Below, piece by piece: positions 28,519 to 38,262 of a stretch of 64,000 nucleotides of DNA. Below the pieces are notes generated by a model. The model did not search any database, had not been told where the DNA came from, and saw only the letters and a program-made list of their open reading frames with translations. Position 1 is the first letter of the stretch; each line of letters opens with the position of its first letter. The stretch covers positions 5,208-69,207 of the forward strand of contig CAKQTE010000040.1 in NCBI GenBank assembly GCA_934276485.1. Direction: 5' to 3'. The position numbers were made by a program, and so were the translations under genes. The stretch is from an uncultured Spirochaetales bacterium. Lineage in GTDB: Bacteria > Spirochaetota > Spirochaetia > Sphaerochaetales > Sphaerochaetaceae.

Positions 28519-30057
28519 GTGAATCTAGTTTTGCAAGTTATGACAAATCTATTTAGCTTTAGTACGCTTTTAGTGAGTTTCCTTGGCGCACTAGTAGGTG
28601 TTGTGTTGGGAGCTATTCCTGGCATGAATGGTGGCATCGGTATTGCTGTAATGTTGCCTTTTACATACACAATGGGACCTGCTCAAGGCTTGTTGTTCTT
28701 AGGAGGAATCTACTTAGGTAGCTCCTATGGTGGATCTATCTCAGGTATCCTTATCAATTGTCCAGGGACTGCAGAGTCTGCTTGTACAACAATAGAAGGA
28801 TATCAGATGACAAAGAGAGGAGATGGACAGAAGGCTCTTCACTATTCAATACTTGCATCAGGTTTTGGAAGCTTGGTTGGTCTTGTTGTTCTTTTGTTCT
28901 TCTCTCCTGTACTTGCGAAGATTGCAGTTAAGTTTGGTCCTGCAGAAATGATGCTTCTTGCCCTTTGTGGTTTGACAATCGTAGGAAGTTTGACAGGTAA
29001 AAATGTTGTAAAGGGACTTATTGCTGCTTGTTTTGGTCTATTTCTAGCAATGATAGGTGTTGATGATGTAAATGGAAGCATCCGATTTACATTCGGCGTT
29101 CGTGCTTTGAGAGGAGGTATTGGTTTAATTCCTGCTGTAATTGGACTGTTTGCTATTACAGAGATGGTAAAGCAGGGAATGAATCAATTAAAAGCTACTG
29201 ACTCTTTTGAAAAGGTAGAGCTAAAGAAACAGAGTCTCAAGGATTCTATTAAACAAACATTTACAAAGTATTTGAGAGTGTTACTCAAATCATCTGTAAT
29301 TGGAACATTTATTGGAATTCTTCCAGGTACCGGTGGTGCGATTGCATCCTTCCTTGCTTATGGAGAGGCTAAGGGTAAGGATAAAGATGGCACATTCGGC
29401 AAAGGAAATCCTGCTGGAATTATTGCTCCTGAAGCAGCAAATAACGCAGCAGTAGGTGGGTCTTTGGTGCCAATGTTGGCTTTGGGAATTCCTGGCTCTG
29501 CATCGTCAGCTATCATGTTTGGTGCGTTGACAATCCATGGACTTGTTCCTGGTCAATCGTTGTTCACCGATCATGCAGATATTATGTACACATTCATTAT
29601 TGGAATGTTCATTGCAACACTGTTCATGCTTCTTATTGGATTAAGTGGAAACAAGATTTTTTCATCAATTCTTAAGATCAAGATGAAATATATCATTCCT
29701 GTTGTAATTCTATTCTCTCTAATTGGAGCTTATAGCGTTAACAACTCAATGAATGATGTCGTGATTGCAATCGTCTTGGGAGTCATTGGTGTCATTTTTG
29801 CTAGACTTGAAATCCCAAATACTCCTATTGTTCTAGGTTTGATTCTTGGTGGAATCATTGAAAGTAACTTTGTTAGAACAATGACTATTGTCAAAGCACA
29901 GGGAACAAATATCTTTGTTCATGTTCTAACAAGGCCTCTATGCATTGGAATTCTATTGCTCACAGTATATTTGATTTGGGCAAATGTAAGAGCTTTGCAG
30001 AAAGGAAGAGCTGTGCAGAAGAATACTGATATTAAACAGGATTTACGTGATGAATAA
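28519..30057 (+). CDS. tctA: TTT-family large permease (TctA)
   Basis: 512 aa polytopic protein. GAIPGMNGGIGIAVMLPFTY and GILPGTGGAIASFLAYGEAK blocks are typical of TctA. Confidence 0.9.
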   Translation: MNLVLQVMTNLFSFSTLLVSFLGALVGVVLGAIPGMNGGIGIAVMLPFTYTMGPAQGLLFLGGIYLGSSYGGSISGILINCPGTAESACTTIEGYQMTKRGDGQKALHYSILASGFGSLVGLVVLLFFSPVLAKIAVKFGPAEMMLLALCGLTIVGSLTGKNVVKGLIAACFGLFLAMIGVDDVNGSIRFTFGVRALRGGIGLIPAVIGLFAITEMVKQGMNQLKATDSFEKVELKKQSLKDSIKQTFTKYLRVLLKSSVIGTFIGILPGTGGAIASFLAYGEAKGKDKDGTFGKGNPAGIIAPEAANNAAVGGSLVPMLALGIPGSASSAIMFGALTIHGLVPGQSLFTDHADIMYTFIIGMFIATLFMLLIGLSGNKIFSSILKIKMKYIIPVVILFSLIGAYSVNNSMNDVVIAIVLGVIGVIFARLEIPNTPIVLGLILGGIIESNFVRTMTIVKAQGTNIFVHVLTRPLCIGILLLTVYLIWANVRALQKGRAVQKNTDIKQDLRDE

Positions 30058-31501
30058 TAAAAAGAATATAGTTTATATTTTATCAGATCAGCATAATCCT
30101 TTGATTATGGGAGCTGCTGGAGATAAATATGTAAGAACTCCCAATATAGATTCTCTCTATGCAAGAGGAACAGGTTTTGACAATTGCTACTGTGCATCTC
30201 CTTTGTGTGTTCCTAGTAGATCCACAATATTGTCAGGAAGATTGCCTTCAAAAACAGGTGTTTACAATAATATGCAGGCACTCTCTTCTTGCGAGGCAAC
30301 ATTCCCTGCTGCATTAACTGATTCCGGATACGAAACAGTATTGGCAGGAAGAATGCACTTTGTTGGCTGGGACCAGTGGCATGGATATGAGAAGCATCTT
30401 GTAGGTGATATTACTCCATGTTTTGTCGGCGGAGACAACGAAAGGGAAATCTATGGGGATTTCATGCGCTCTTCAGGGCAGAACATGACATCTATCAAGA
30501 AGTCTGGCGCTGGTAGAAGTGCTGTTCTTGATTATGATGAGGATGTAACATCCTCTGCATGTAAATTCTTAGAAAATAGAACAGATGATAGGCCTTTGTT
30601 TCTAACTGTCGGTTTCTACGGTCCTCATTGTCCTTATATTGCACCAAAGGAGTTGTATGATTACTACTATAATCTTCTTCCTGAGTTGGATTTCTTTGAT
30701 AAAGAAGATAAAGCAAAGATGCATCCTGCAATTCAGAAGTGGTATGAGAATCGTAAGCTAGAAGTTACTCCTGGTGATGTAAGGAGAATTAGAGCTGCAT
30801 ACTATGCAATGGTTGAGTTGATGGATGGTTATGTTGGAAGAATTCTTGAGACTGTTGATAAAACACTTGGCTTGGATAACACATTGATTATCTATACATC
30901 TGATCATGGCGATAACATCGGAGAGCATGGTCTCTTCTGGAAAACCAATTTCTATGAAGGTGCGGGACGTGTTCCTGCCGTTGTAATGGAGGATGGCGGA
31001 AAAAGAAAGGGTAGAAGAATAAAGGAAAATGTATCCTTATTGGATATTGCTCCTACAGTTCTTAATTATGCAGAAGCAGAAGCTCTTCCTGAATATGATG
31101 GTATTGACTTGGGGCCTGCTTTAAGAGGTGAAGAACAGCTTGATGCAGAAAGGCCGGTAGTATCACTATGTAGTGATATCAAAGGTGATAACCCTAGTAT
31201 GATGGTTAAATGGAAGAATTATAAATTCATTCGTCATGCAGGTTATAAGGATGTTCAATTGTTTGATTTGGAAAAAGATCCTAATGAAGTCAATGATTTG
31301 GGCTGTGATCCAAACTATGAAGAACTACGAACCTACCTAATGAATATTTCAAATCAATATTGGAATGAAGAAAAGAGCCTATATGAATTAGGTGTTGCAA
31401 AGCGACATTTTGCCCTGATGAAGAAATGGTTCAATATCGTTCAGCCAGAATTGGTTGGTGAATGGCGAGGCGATCCCGCAAATAATTATCTTGTCGATTA
31501 A
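30047..31501 (+). CDS. Cys-type sulfatase (formylglycine-dependent), no signal peptide
   Basis: LSDQHN, sulfatase signature CASPLCVPSRSTILSGR (C-x-P-x-R) and TSDHGDNIGEHG. Overlaps the tctA end by 11 nt. Confidence 0.9.
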   Translation: MMNNKKNIVYILSDQHNPLIMGAAGDKYVRTPNIDSLYARGTGFDNCYCASPLCVPSRSTILSGRLPSKTGVYNNMQALSSCEATFPAALTDSGYETVLAGRMHFVGWDQWHGYEKHLVGDITPCFVGGDNEREIYGDFMRSSGQNMTSIKKSGAGRSAVLDYDEDVTSSACKFLENRTDDRPLFLTVGFYGPHCPYIAPKELYDYYYNLLPELDFFDKEDKAKMHPAIQKWYENRKLEVTPGDVRRIRAAYYAMVELMDGYVGRILETVDKTLGLDNTLIIYTSDHGDNIGEHGLFWKTNFYEGAGRVPAVVMEDGGKRKGRRIKENVSLLDIAPTVLNYAEAEALPEYDGIDLGPALRGEEQLDAERPVVSLCSDIKGDNPSMMVKWKNYKFIRHAGYKDVQLFDLEKDPNEVNDLGCDPNYEELRTYLMNISNQYWNEEKSLYELGVAKRHFALMKKWFNIVQPELVGEWRGDPANNYLVD

Positions 31502-31567
31502 GAGGTAGTTCCTCTTTGAAATTATAGTTCTGAAAGGAATACATTATTAATCCCCCCTTATGTTTTT

Positions 31568-31605
31568 GCCCAATTGGTCTTGTCCGTGATTGATTGGGCT
31601 TTTTT
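31568..31605 (+). terminator. Intrinsic terminator after the sulfatase gene
   Basis: GCCCAAT...ATTGGGC stem followed by TTTTTT. Confidence 0.6.
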
Positions 31606-31783
31606 ACTGTCTTTGGATGCATAAATATTCAGACACTCTGATGAATATTTATTCAGAAATGGGGTAAAAACACAGAAAAATAGAATTTTTATTAATTTTT
31701 TCATAAAAACTATTGAATAATATTTCATAAAGTATGTATATATATACAAGAATTCTTAAAAGCATTATTTAAGGAGTAGGATT

Positions 31784-32602
31784 ATGAAAAAGGTATCTAA
31801 AGTTGTTATTTTGGCATTGGCATTTTTGCTTTTCTCTTCAACAGTTTTATTTGCAAATGGTGCAAAGGAAAGTGGTTCAGTATTAGCTAAGATCAAGCAG
31901 AGCGGAAAGCTTGTCGTTGGAACAGAAGCTCAGTATGCTCCTTATGAATTTAAAGATGCAAATGCAAATATCGTAGGATGCGATATGTTCCTCGCAAAGG
32001 AAATTGCTGATCATCTTGGCGTTAAGCTAGAGATTGTTGATATGGCATTTGATGGACTCATTCCAGCTATTCAGTCTGGTCAGATTGATATTAGTATTGC
32101 TGCATTCACAAACACTCCAGAACGTGCAGAAATTGTTGATTTTTCGGATATCTACGAAGAGAGCATTCAATATCTAGTTGTAGCTGCTGGAAACGAGGAT
32201 GTTTATACTTCTGTTGATTCTCTTGCAGGTAAGAAAGTAGGTGCTCAGAGGGGAACATTGCAGTCACAGCTTATCAAGAAGGTATTTACTAAGTCTGAGC
32301 TATTTGAACTTGCAAAGTATCCAGAGCTTGCAATCGAGGTTAAGAATGGCAACATTGCAGGTTTGGTAGTAGATGCTGCAGTAGGTGATGCTATTGTCGA
32401 ATCAAGTGATGGAAAGCTTGTAGTATCAAACTATAAATTCGATTCAAAAGAAGCTAGCTACGGAAAATCAATCGTCATCAAGAAGGGGAATGAGGATCTT
32501 GTTGCAGAGATTAACAAGGTAGTACAGAAGGTTCTCTCTGATGGTTCTTACCAGAAGGCTTGGGACGAAGCTGTAGCACTTCAGAAGGAGCTAGGACTCT
32601 AA
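31784..32602 (+). CDS. Polar amino-acid ABC transporter substrate-binding protein
   Basis: Signal peptide ending LFANG. GTEAQYAPYEF and AAFTNTPER are typical of SBP family 3. Confidence 0.9.
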   Translation: MKKVSKVVILALAFLLFSSTVLFANGAKESGSVLAKIKQSGKLVVGTEAQYAPYEFKDANANIVGCDMFLAKEIADHLGVKLEIVDMAFDGLIPAIQSGQIDISIAAFTNTPERAEIVDFSDIYEESIQYLVVAAGNEDVYTSVDSLAGKKVGAQRGTLQSQLIKKVFTKSELFELAKYPELAIEVKNGNIAGLVVDAAVGDAIVESSDGKLVVSNYKFDSKEASYGKSIVIKKGNEDLVAEINKVVQKVLSDGSYQKAWDEAVALQKELGL

Positions 32603-32603
32603 T

Positions 32604-33296
32604 ATGGGATTCTTCGAGCAGATCTTTGTATTACTTGATAAGTATTCATTATTCTTTCTAGAGGGTGTGAAGAACACCCTTATCATAGCAGCTCTCAGCG
32701 TTTTGCTGGGAGCAATCTTTGGCACATTGATGGCTATCATGAGAATGTGTAAGATCAAGCCTTTAAGATGGCTTGCTGCTGCGTATATTGAGTTTGTGCG
32801 TGGAACCCCTCTTATGGTTCAATTGATGTTCATTTTCTATGGACTACCAATGGCAGGAATCACATTTCCTGATGTCGCATGGATTCCAAACTTCTCTCGT
32901 TTTATGGCAGGAATCATTGCAATGAGCATGAACAGCTGTGCATATGTAGCAGAGGTAATCAGATCTGGTATCCAGGCTGTTGATGATGGACAGATGGAAG
33001 CTGCTAGAAGTATTGGTTACAAGTATGGAGAGGCAATGCGTCTTGTAATTCTTCCACAGGCTATCAAGAACATCCTTCCAGCTCTTGGAAATGAGTTCGT
33101 TACTGTAATCAAGGAATCTTCAATTGTATCTGTAATCGGTATTGCAGACTTGATGTTCAGAACAAACGATGTTATCGCAGTTACATATAGAAGCCTTCCT
33201 TGTTTGGCAATTGCTGCTTGTATATACTTTATCTTGACTTTCCTAAGCAGCAGATTGATTGGCTTGTTTGAAAAGAGGATGAAACATGACAGATAA
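32604..33296 (+). CDS. Polar amino-acid ABC transporter permease
   Basis: HisM/GlnP-type block [20 protein letters not shown] and EAA-loop EAARSIG. Confidence 0.9.
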   Translation: MGFFEQIFVLLDKYSLFFLEGVKNTLIIAALSVLLGAIFGTLMAIMRMCKIKPLRWLAAAYIEFVRGTPLMVQLMFIFYGLPMAGITFPDVAWIPNFSRFMAGIIAMSMNSCAYVAEVIRSGIQAVDDGQMEAARSIGYKYGEAMRLVILPQAIKNILPALGNEFVTVIKESSIVSVIGIADLMFRTNDVIAVTYRSLPCLAIAACIYFILTFLSSRLIGLFEKRMKHDR

Positions 33297-34023
33297 GAGC
33301 ATTATTCAAGTAAAAGATCTATATAAGAGCTTTGGTTCCCTGCAGGTCTTGAATGGAATCTCAACAGAATTCAAGGAACAGCAGGTTGTTTCCATGATCG
33401 GTCCTTCTGGTGGTGGAAAGAGTACTTTCTTGAGATGTTTGAATCTTTTGGAAACTCCAACATCTGGCCAGATTATCTTTGACGGAGTGGACCTATGCGC
33501 AAAGAAGGTCGATATCAACAAGCATCGTCAGAAAATCGGTATGGTTTTCCAGCATTTCAATCTATTCAATAACATGAATGTATTGAAAAACCTTACTTCC
33601 GCTCCAATTAGAATCAAAGGCATGAGTAAGGAAGAGGCTGAGGCTAAGGCCGTAGACTTTCTAAAGCGTATGGGACTAGAGGACAAGGTCAATAACTATC
33701 CAAGTCAGCTCTCTGGTGGACAGAAGCAGAGAATTGCTATCGTAAGATCTTTGATGATGGAGCCAGAGGTAATGCTTTTTGATGAGCCTACTAGTGCATT
33801 GGACCCTGAGATGATCGGGGAGGTACTGGATGTAATGAAGGACCTTGCCAATGAAGGTATGACAATGATCATTGTTACTCACGAAATGCGTTTTGCTCGC
33901 GAAGTCAGTGACAGGGTCTTGTTCTTGGACGGTGGAAAGATCGATGAAGATAGACCTGCAGAGGAGTTCTTCTCAGATCCTCATAGCCCAAGACTCATTA
34001 GCTTCTTGGAGAAAGTTCTATAA
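33286..34023 (+). CDS. Polar amino-acid ABC transporter ATP-binding protein (GlnQ-like)
   Basis: Walker [10 protein letters not shown], signature LSGGQKQR, Walker [12 protein letters not shown]. Confidence 0.95.
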   Translation: MTDKSIIQVKDLYKSFGSLQVLNGISTEFKEQQVVSMIGPSGGGKSTFLRCLNLLETPTSGQIIFDGVDLCAKKVDINKHRQKIGMVFQHFNLFNNMNVLKNLTSAPIRIKGMSKEEAEAKAVDFLKRMGLEDKVNNYPSQLSGGQKQRIAIVRSLMMEPEVMLFDEPTSALDPEMIGEVLDVMKDLANEGMTMIIVTHEMRFAREVSDRVLFLDGGKIDEDRPAEEFFSDPHSPRLISFLEKVL

Positions 34024-34103
34024 AGCAAATAATACAACTTAGATAATCATATATATTCAGGCCTCTTAGCGGGGCCTTCTATTAAATACTTTTGTTTCGA
34101 AAT

Positions 34104-35294
34104 ATGGAGAAAACTATGCCAATATTGAGTGAAAGAGTAGGAACATTTACAGATTCTGTTATCAGAAGAATGACACGTATAAGTGACGCATGCCCAGGAA
34201 GTATCAATCTATCACAAGGTTTTCCTGACTTTGATCCTCCACATGAGCTACTTGATAGCCTAGAGAAAGTTGCTCACACTGGTCCTCATCAATACTCAAT
34301 AACATATGGGGCTGAGAACTTCCGAGAAGCTCTTGCAAAGAAAGTAAGAAAATCAATGAATAGGGATATCAATCCAGAGACTGAGATTTGCGTTACCTGC
34401 GGTGGCACAGAGGCTATGATGTGCACGATGATGACAATTTGCAATCCTGGAGATAAAGTCTTGGTTTTTTCCCCATTCTATGAAAACTATGGCGCTGATG
34501 CGATTTTATCTGGTGCAACTCCTATATTCATTCCTCTTGAGCCTCCTACATATTCATTTGAAATTCAGAAAGTAGAAGATGGCTTCAAACAAGGCGCGAA
34601 AGCTATCATTGTTTGCAATCCTTCAAATCCTTGTGGAAAGGTATTTACTCGTGAGGAGTTGAGTCAAATAGGAGAGCTTGCTTTGAAATACGATGCTTTT
34701 GTTGTTACAGATGAAGTCTATGAACACATCATCTATGAACCATATAAGCATATTTCTGTGGCATCTCTTCCTGGTATGTTTGATCACACTATTACATGTA
34801 ATTCACTGTCAAAGACATATTCGATCACAGGTTGGCGTCTTGGATATATCATAGGGCCAGAGTCTGTGATAGAGGGTGCAAAGAAAGTTCATGATTTCTT
34901 GACTGTTGGAGCAGCAGCTCCTCTGCAGGAAGCAGCGGTAGCTGGTCTTACGCTACCAGAAAGTTACTATGAAGATCTTGGACACCTATACACAGAGAAG
35001 AGAGAATACTTCTTGTCTGGACTAGACAGAATTGGTTTGAAGCATAACACTCCACAGGGCTCGTACTTTGTTCTCGTTGATATTTCAGACTTTCTAGCAC
35101 TTGAACAATTCTCTGGTTGGACAGATTTGGAGTTCTGTGAATGGATGATCAAGGAAATTGGTGTTGCAGCTGTTCCTGGTTCAAGTTTCTTCAGAGAAGA
35201 TGTAAACAATCTTATTAGACTTCATTTTGCCCGCAGCAAGGAAACGCTTAAAGAAGCTCTATCAAGATTGGAAAAGCTTGGTGCTTTGCTATAA
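34104..35294 (+). CDS. PLP-dependent aminotransferase, class I/II
   Basis: NPSNPCGKV and SLSKTYSITGWRLGY (PLP lysine motif). Start ambiguous (34092 TTG, 34104 or 34116 ATG). Confidence 0.85.
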   Translation: MEKTMPILSERVGTFTDSVIRRMTRISDACPGSINLSQGFPDFDPPHELLDSLEKVAHTGPHQYSITYGAENFREALAKKVRKSMNRDINPETEICVTCGGTEAMMCTMMTICNPGDKVLVFSPFYENYGADAILSGATPIFIPLEPPTYSFEIQKVEDGFKQGAKAIIVCNPSNPCGKVFTREELSQIGELALKYDAFVVTDEVYEHIIYEPYKHISVASLPGMFDHTITCNSLSKTYSITGWRLGYIIGPESVIEGAKKVHDFLTVGAAAPLQEAAVAGLTLPESYYEDLGHLYTEKREYFLSGLDRIGLKHNTPQGSYFVLVDISDFLALEQFSGWTDLEFCEWMIKEIGVAAVPGSSFFREDVNNLIRLHFARSKETLKEALSRLEKLGALL

Positions 35295-35315
35295 CGATTT
35301 TGCGTCTAATGATTC

Positions 35316-36617
35316 TTAAACAAGAGAATCATCGAGTAGAAAATCGATTATTCCTATATTTAGAATGCCTTGTTCATCGTACCAGCGTTTTCTTATATCG
35401 TGACGTACGATGATCTTGGGAAATGAATCTCCTGTCAATGAAAATGGCTTGTTTTCAGTGATTGCTTTCTCGTCAGATCCTAGAGCGTATGCTGATTGTA
35501 TATAAGTTTTTTTGCCACCACGAGTTGCAATAAAATCAATCTCCCTTGCTCTCTGTTTAGGTTTCCCATTTCCATCTTTCTCATAGTCATAGACAATGCC
35601 AATATCTACAGCACACTCACGGATAATTAATTCATTGTATATGATATTCTCCATGATATGAGTCATCTCTTGCTGCCTGAATCCAATACGAGCATTTCTT
35701 AGGCCAACATCCTCTGAGTAGTATTTATTTGGGTAGTCAAAGTAGTTTTTGCCTTTAACATCATAGCGTTTGCACTCTGAAAACAAAAAGGCATCCGATA
35801 GATGATTTATATATGACTTAATTGTATTTAGTGATACAAGTTCATCTCCATTTCTTCTTTGTTTTGTATTTATTGCATCTGCAACTTTCGTAGGATTTGT
35901 CAAAGAGCCAATAGAAGAACAAAGAAGATCCAAAACAGAAGAAAGAACGTCTTCTCTTTTGATGTGTTTTCGTTCGACAATGTCTTTCAAATACACTTCT
36001 TGAAAAAGAGATTGCAAATAGTTCATCTTTGCACTTTCTGTTGTTCTTGAAAGGAGCAGGGGCATTCCTCCATAGAATGCATATTCATCGAATGCATCTT
36101 GTTTGTCGCCACCGACAGAATTGTAGTATTCAGAGAAACTTAATGGATGGACTCTGATCTCGTCACTTCTTCCTCTGAATTCTGTCAGAATGTCAGAGGA
36201 TAGCATCTTGGAATTGCTTCCTGTTACATAGATGTCCAAATTGGGCAAGGATCTCAAATCATTGAGGGCATCATAGAATGTAATCCTTTTGCCATCTTTG
36301 TTGTATGGATTTGCCACTTCATCAGACATTTGAATCTCATCTACAAATAAATAGTATTCTTCAGATTTCCCTTCTACGATTGAACGCACGAAAGATGCAA
36401 GCTCCAATGGATTTCTATAGCGAATGTCTTTTGCTAGATCAAGTTCAAATGAAAGAATGTGACTTTTATCGACGCCTTGTTCTAGTAGATAGTTATAAAA
36501 GATATTGTGGAGAAGGTAGGACTTGCCACATCTTCTAATACCGGTAATAACTTTTACCTGTCCATCCCGCATGTATGAGATTAGTTTATTCAAATAGCAA
36601 TCTCGTTTAACTTCCAT
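35316..36617 (-). CDS. AAA_14-type ATPase with a DUF4143-like C-terminal domain
   Basis: Walker A GIRRCGKSY, Walker B LFVDEIQ, C-terminal REIDFIATRGGKKTYIQSAY resembles the DUF4143 nuclease-fold region. Confidence 0.8.
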   Translation of the reverse strand: MEVKRDCYLNKLISYMRDGQVKVITGIRRCGKSYLLHNIFYNYLLEQGVDKSHILSFELDLAKDIRYRNPLELASFVRSIVEGKSEEYYLFVDEIQMSDEVANPYNKDGKRITFYDALNDLRSLPNLDIYVTGSNSKMLSSDILTEFRGRSDEIRVHPLSFSEYYNSVGGDKQDAFDEYAFYGGMPLLLSRTTESAKMNYLQSLFQEVYLKDIVERKHIKREDVLSSVLDLLCSSIGSLTNPTKVADAINTKQRRNGDELVSLNTIKSYINHLSDAFLFSECKRYDVKGKNYFDYPNKYYSEDVGLRNARIGFRQQEMTHIMENIIYNELIIRECAVDIGIVYDYEKDGNGKPKQRAREIDFIATRGGKKTYIQSAYALGSDEKAITENKPFSLTGDSFPKIIVRHDIRKRWYDEQGILNIGIIDFLLDDSLV

Positions 36618-36721
36618 AACAGCACTCCATTGAAATCTTCTCTAGTAAATTGTACTACATTTCAATAGAAAAGCATATTATTTTCTAAAAGACCGTAATT
36701 GTGATATAGAATTTGATAATT

Positions 36722-36763
36722 CCATTGAAAAGTAAGCAAGAAAACTTGCCAAGTTTTCAATGG
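36722..36763 (-). terminator. Hairpin downstream of the MATE gene
   Basis: CCATTGAAAA ... TTTTCAATGG outer stem (10 bp) with inner GCAAG-AAAA-CTTGC stem, immediately after the MATE stop at 36774. Confidence 0.45.
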
Positions 36764-36773
36764 AGATAATCTG

Positions 36774-38201
36774 CTACTGGGCAAGAACCGTATTTAGCCA
36801 ATTGCCTCTAATTAATCTATATAGGAATATGATACCTCTGAAGCATAGTTCTATTGTCATTGAAATCCATACTCCGACAACACCGAATTGTCTTGTGAAC
36901 AAAAGGACAGTTAGAACTCTTACGCCCCACATCGATACTAGGTTCATATAGAAAGGAACCTTGCTGTCACCAGCACCACGAAGTGCTCCGATAGCAACTA
37001 TACTTACTGCAAATAGAGGCTCTGAGAAAGAAACAATCTTCAAGACTCTGGAACCAAGTTCTATTACTTCCTGATCATGTGTCAAAAGACCTGTTAAGAA
37101 TGGTGCGAAATAGAATAGAAGGGATGCTGTTACAACAACCAATAGAAATGACATCAATACAGATAGATATGCAAAACGCTTTGCCATATCTTTTCGTCCT
37201 GCACCCAAGCTTTGTCCTACCATTGCAGTGGCAGCTGATGAAATTCCATATGCAGGAAGATAGCAAATACCTTCTGTCTGTACTGCAACGTAGTTACTTG
37301 CAATTGCGACAGCGCCCATGGATGCAACAACGCCAGTAAGGACTATCTGAGCTAGCGATATTGTGATTCTTTCTAGTGCAGATGGAGTTGCTATATATGC
37401 AAGATTCTTCATTGTGCTTTTCCTAAAATGCCAATCATCATCCTTCGTAAGCTTCAATACACCTTTTCCCTTGATAGTGAACAAGAACAATATGATCGCT
37501 GTTGTTGCCATCGCAAGTCCTGTTCCAAGGCTAGCTCCCTTAATACCCATGCCAGCGCCATATAGTGTGATTCCTCCAACTTCTCTTGTTTGATAGATGA
37601 AGATCAAATTGAATATAACATCCAGCACACACATTCCGATATTCATCAATGAAGGCAATAGGATATTGCCACTACATCTGAGAATCGATGAATATAGAGC
37701 AGATGCAAGCGAGAATGGCAAGAAGAGAGCGTAGATCTGGAAATAAGCTGTAGCATTGGCTCTTAGAGCTTCTTCTGCTCCCAACATCTTTGGTAGCCCA
37801 AATCCAATAAGGTATGCAATAAAGGCTAGAAGAATGCCGAAATACACATTGAACTTTATAGCTTGGCACAAAACAGAGCGTGCATCCTTGTTCTTTCCTG
37901 CACCAATCATCTGAGCAACTTGTACAGAGAATCCTATTGCGACTGCACTTGTGATTCCTCCAATAAGCCATGTGGAGGATGCTACAACTCCAATGGAAGC
38001 TGTTGCTTCATGGCCAAGAGAACCAACCATCGCAGTATCGATATAGCTCATTGCAGTATGAGCAAGCTGCTCGAGTATTGCTGGAGTCGACAGGGAAAGC
38101 ACTAGTGCTATTTGTGTGGAAAGTTTTATCTTTGAGCCATTTCTCATTTCCTGGCTTATTTCTAACATCTTCATACTTGTCGATAGTACAGCATCTTTCA
38201 T
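36774..38201 (-). CDS. MATE-family efflux transporter (start uncertain: 38201, 38174 or 38147)
   Basis: The 573-aa ORF is over-extended at its 5' end. The MATE-like sequence starts near KIKLSTQIALVLSLSTPAILEQLAHTAMSYIDTAMVG. The upstream part overlaps the divergent 38263 gene. Confidence 0.8.
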   Translation of the reverse strand: MKDAVLSTSMKMLEISQEMRNGSKIKLSTQIALVLSLSTPAILEQLAHTAMSYIDTAMVGSLGHEATASIGVVASSTWLIGGITSAVAIGFSVQVAQMIGAGKNKDARSVLCQAIKFNVYFGILLAFIAYLIGFGLPKMLGAEEALRANATAYFQIYALFLPFSLASALYSSILRCSGNILLPSLMNIGMCVLDVIFNLIFIYQTREVGGITLYGAGMGIKGASLGTGLAMATTAIILFLFTIKGKGVLKLTKDDDWHFRKSTMKNLAYIATPSALERITISLAQIVLTGVVASMGAVAIASNYVAVQTEGICYLPAYGISSAATAMVGQSLGAGRKDMAKRFAYLSVLMSFLLVVVTASLLFYFAPFLTGLLTHDQEVIELGSRVLKIVSFSEPLFAVSIVAIGALRGAGDSKVPFYMNLVSMWGVRVLTVLLFTRQFGVVGVWISMTIELCFRGIIFLYRLIRGNWLNTVLAQ

Positions 38202-38262
38202 TCTTTGACAAAGAGATACGACAACTGCTTGTTTTTGTGTATCATTATCTAAGAGGCTTGTT

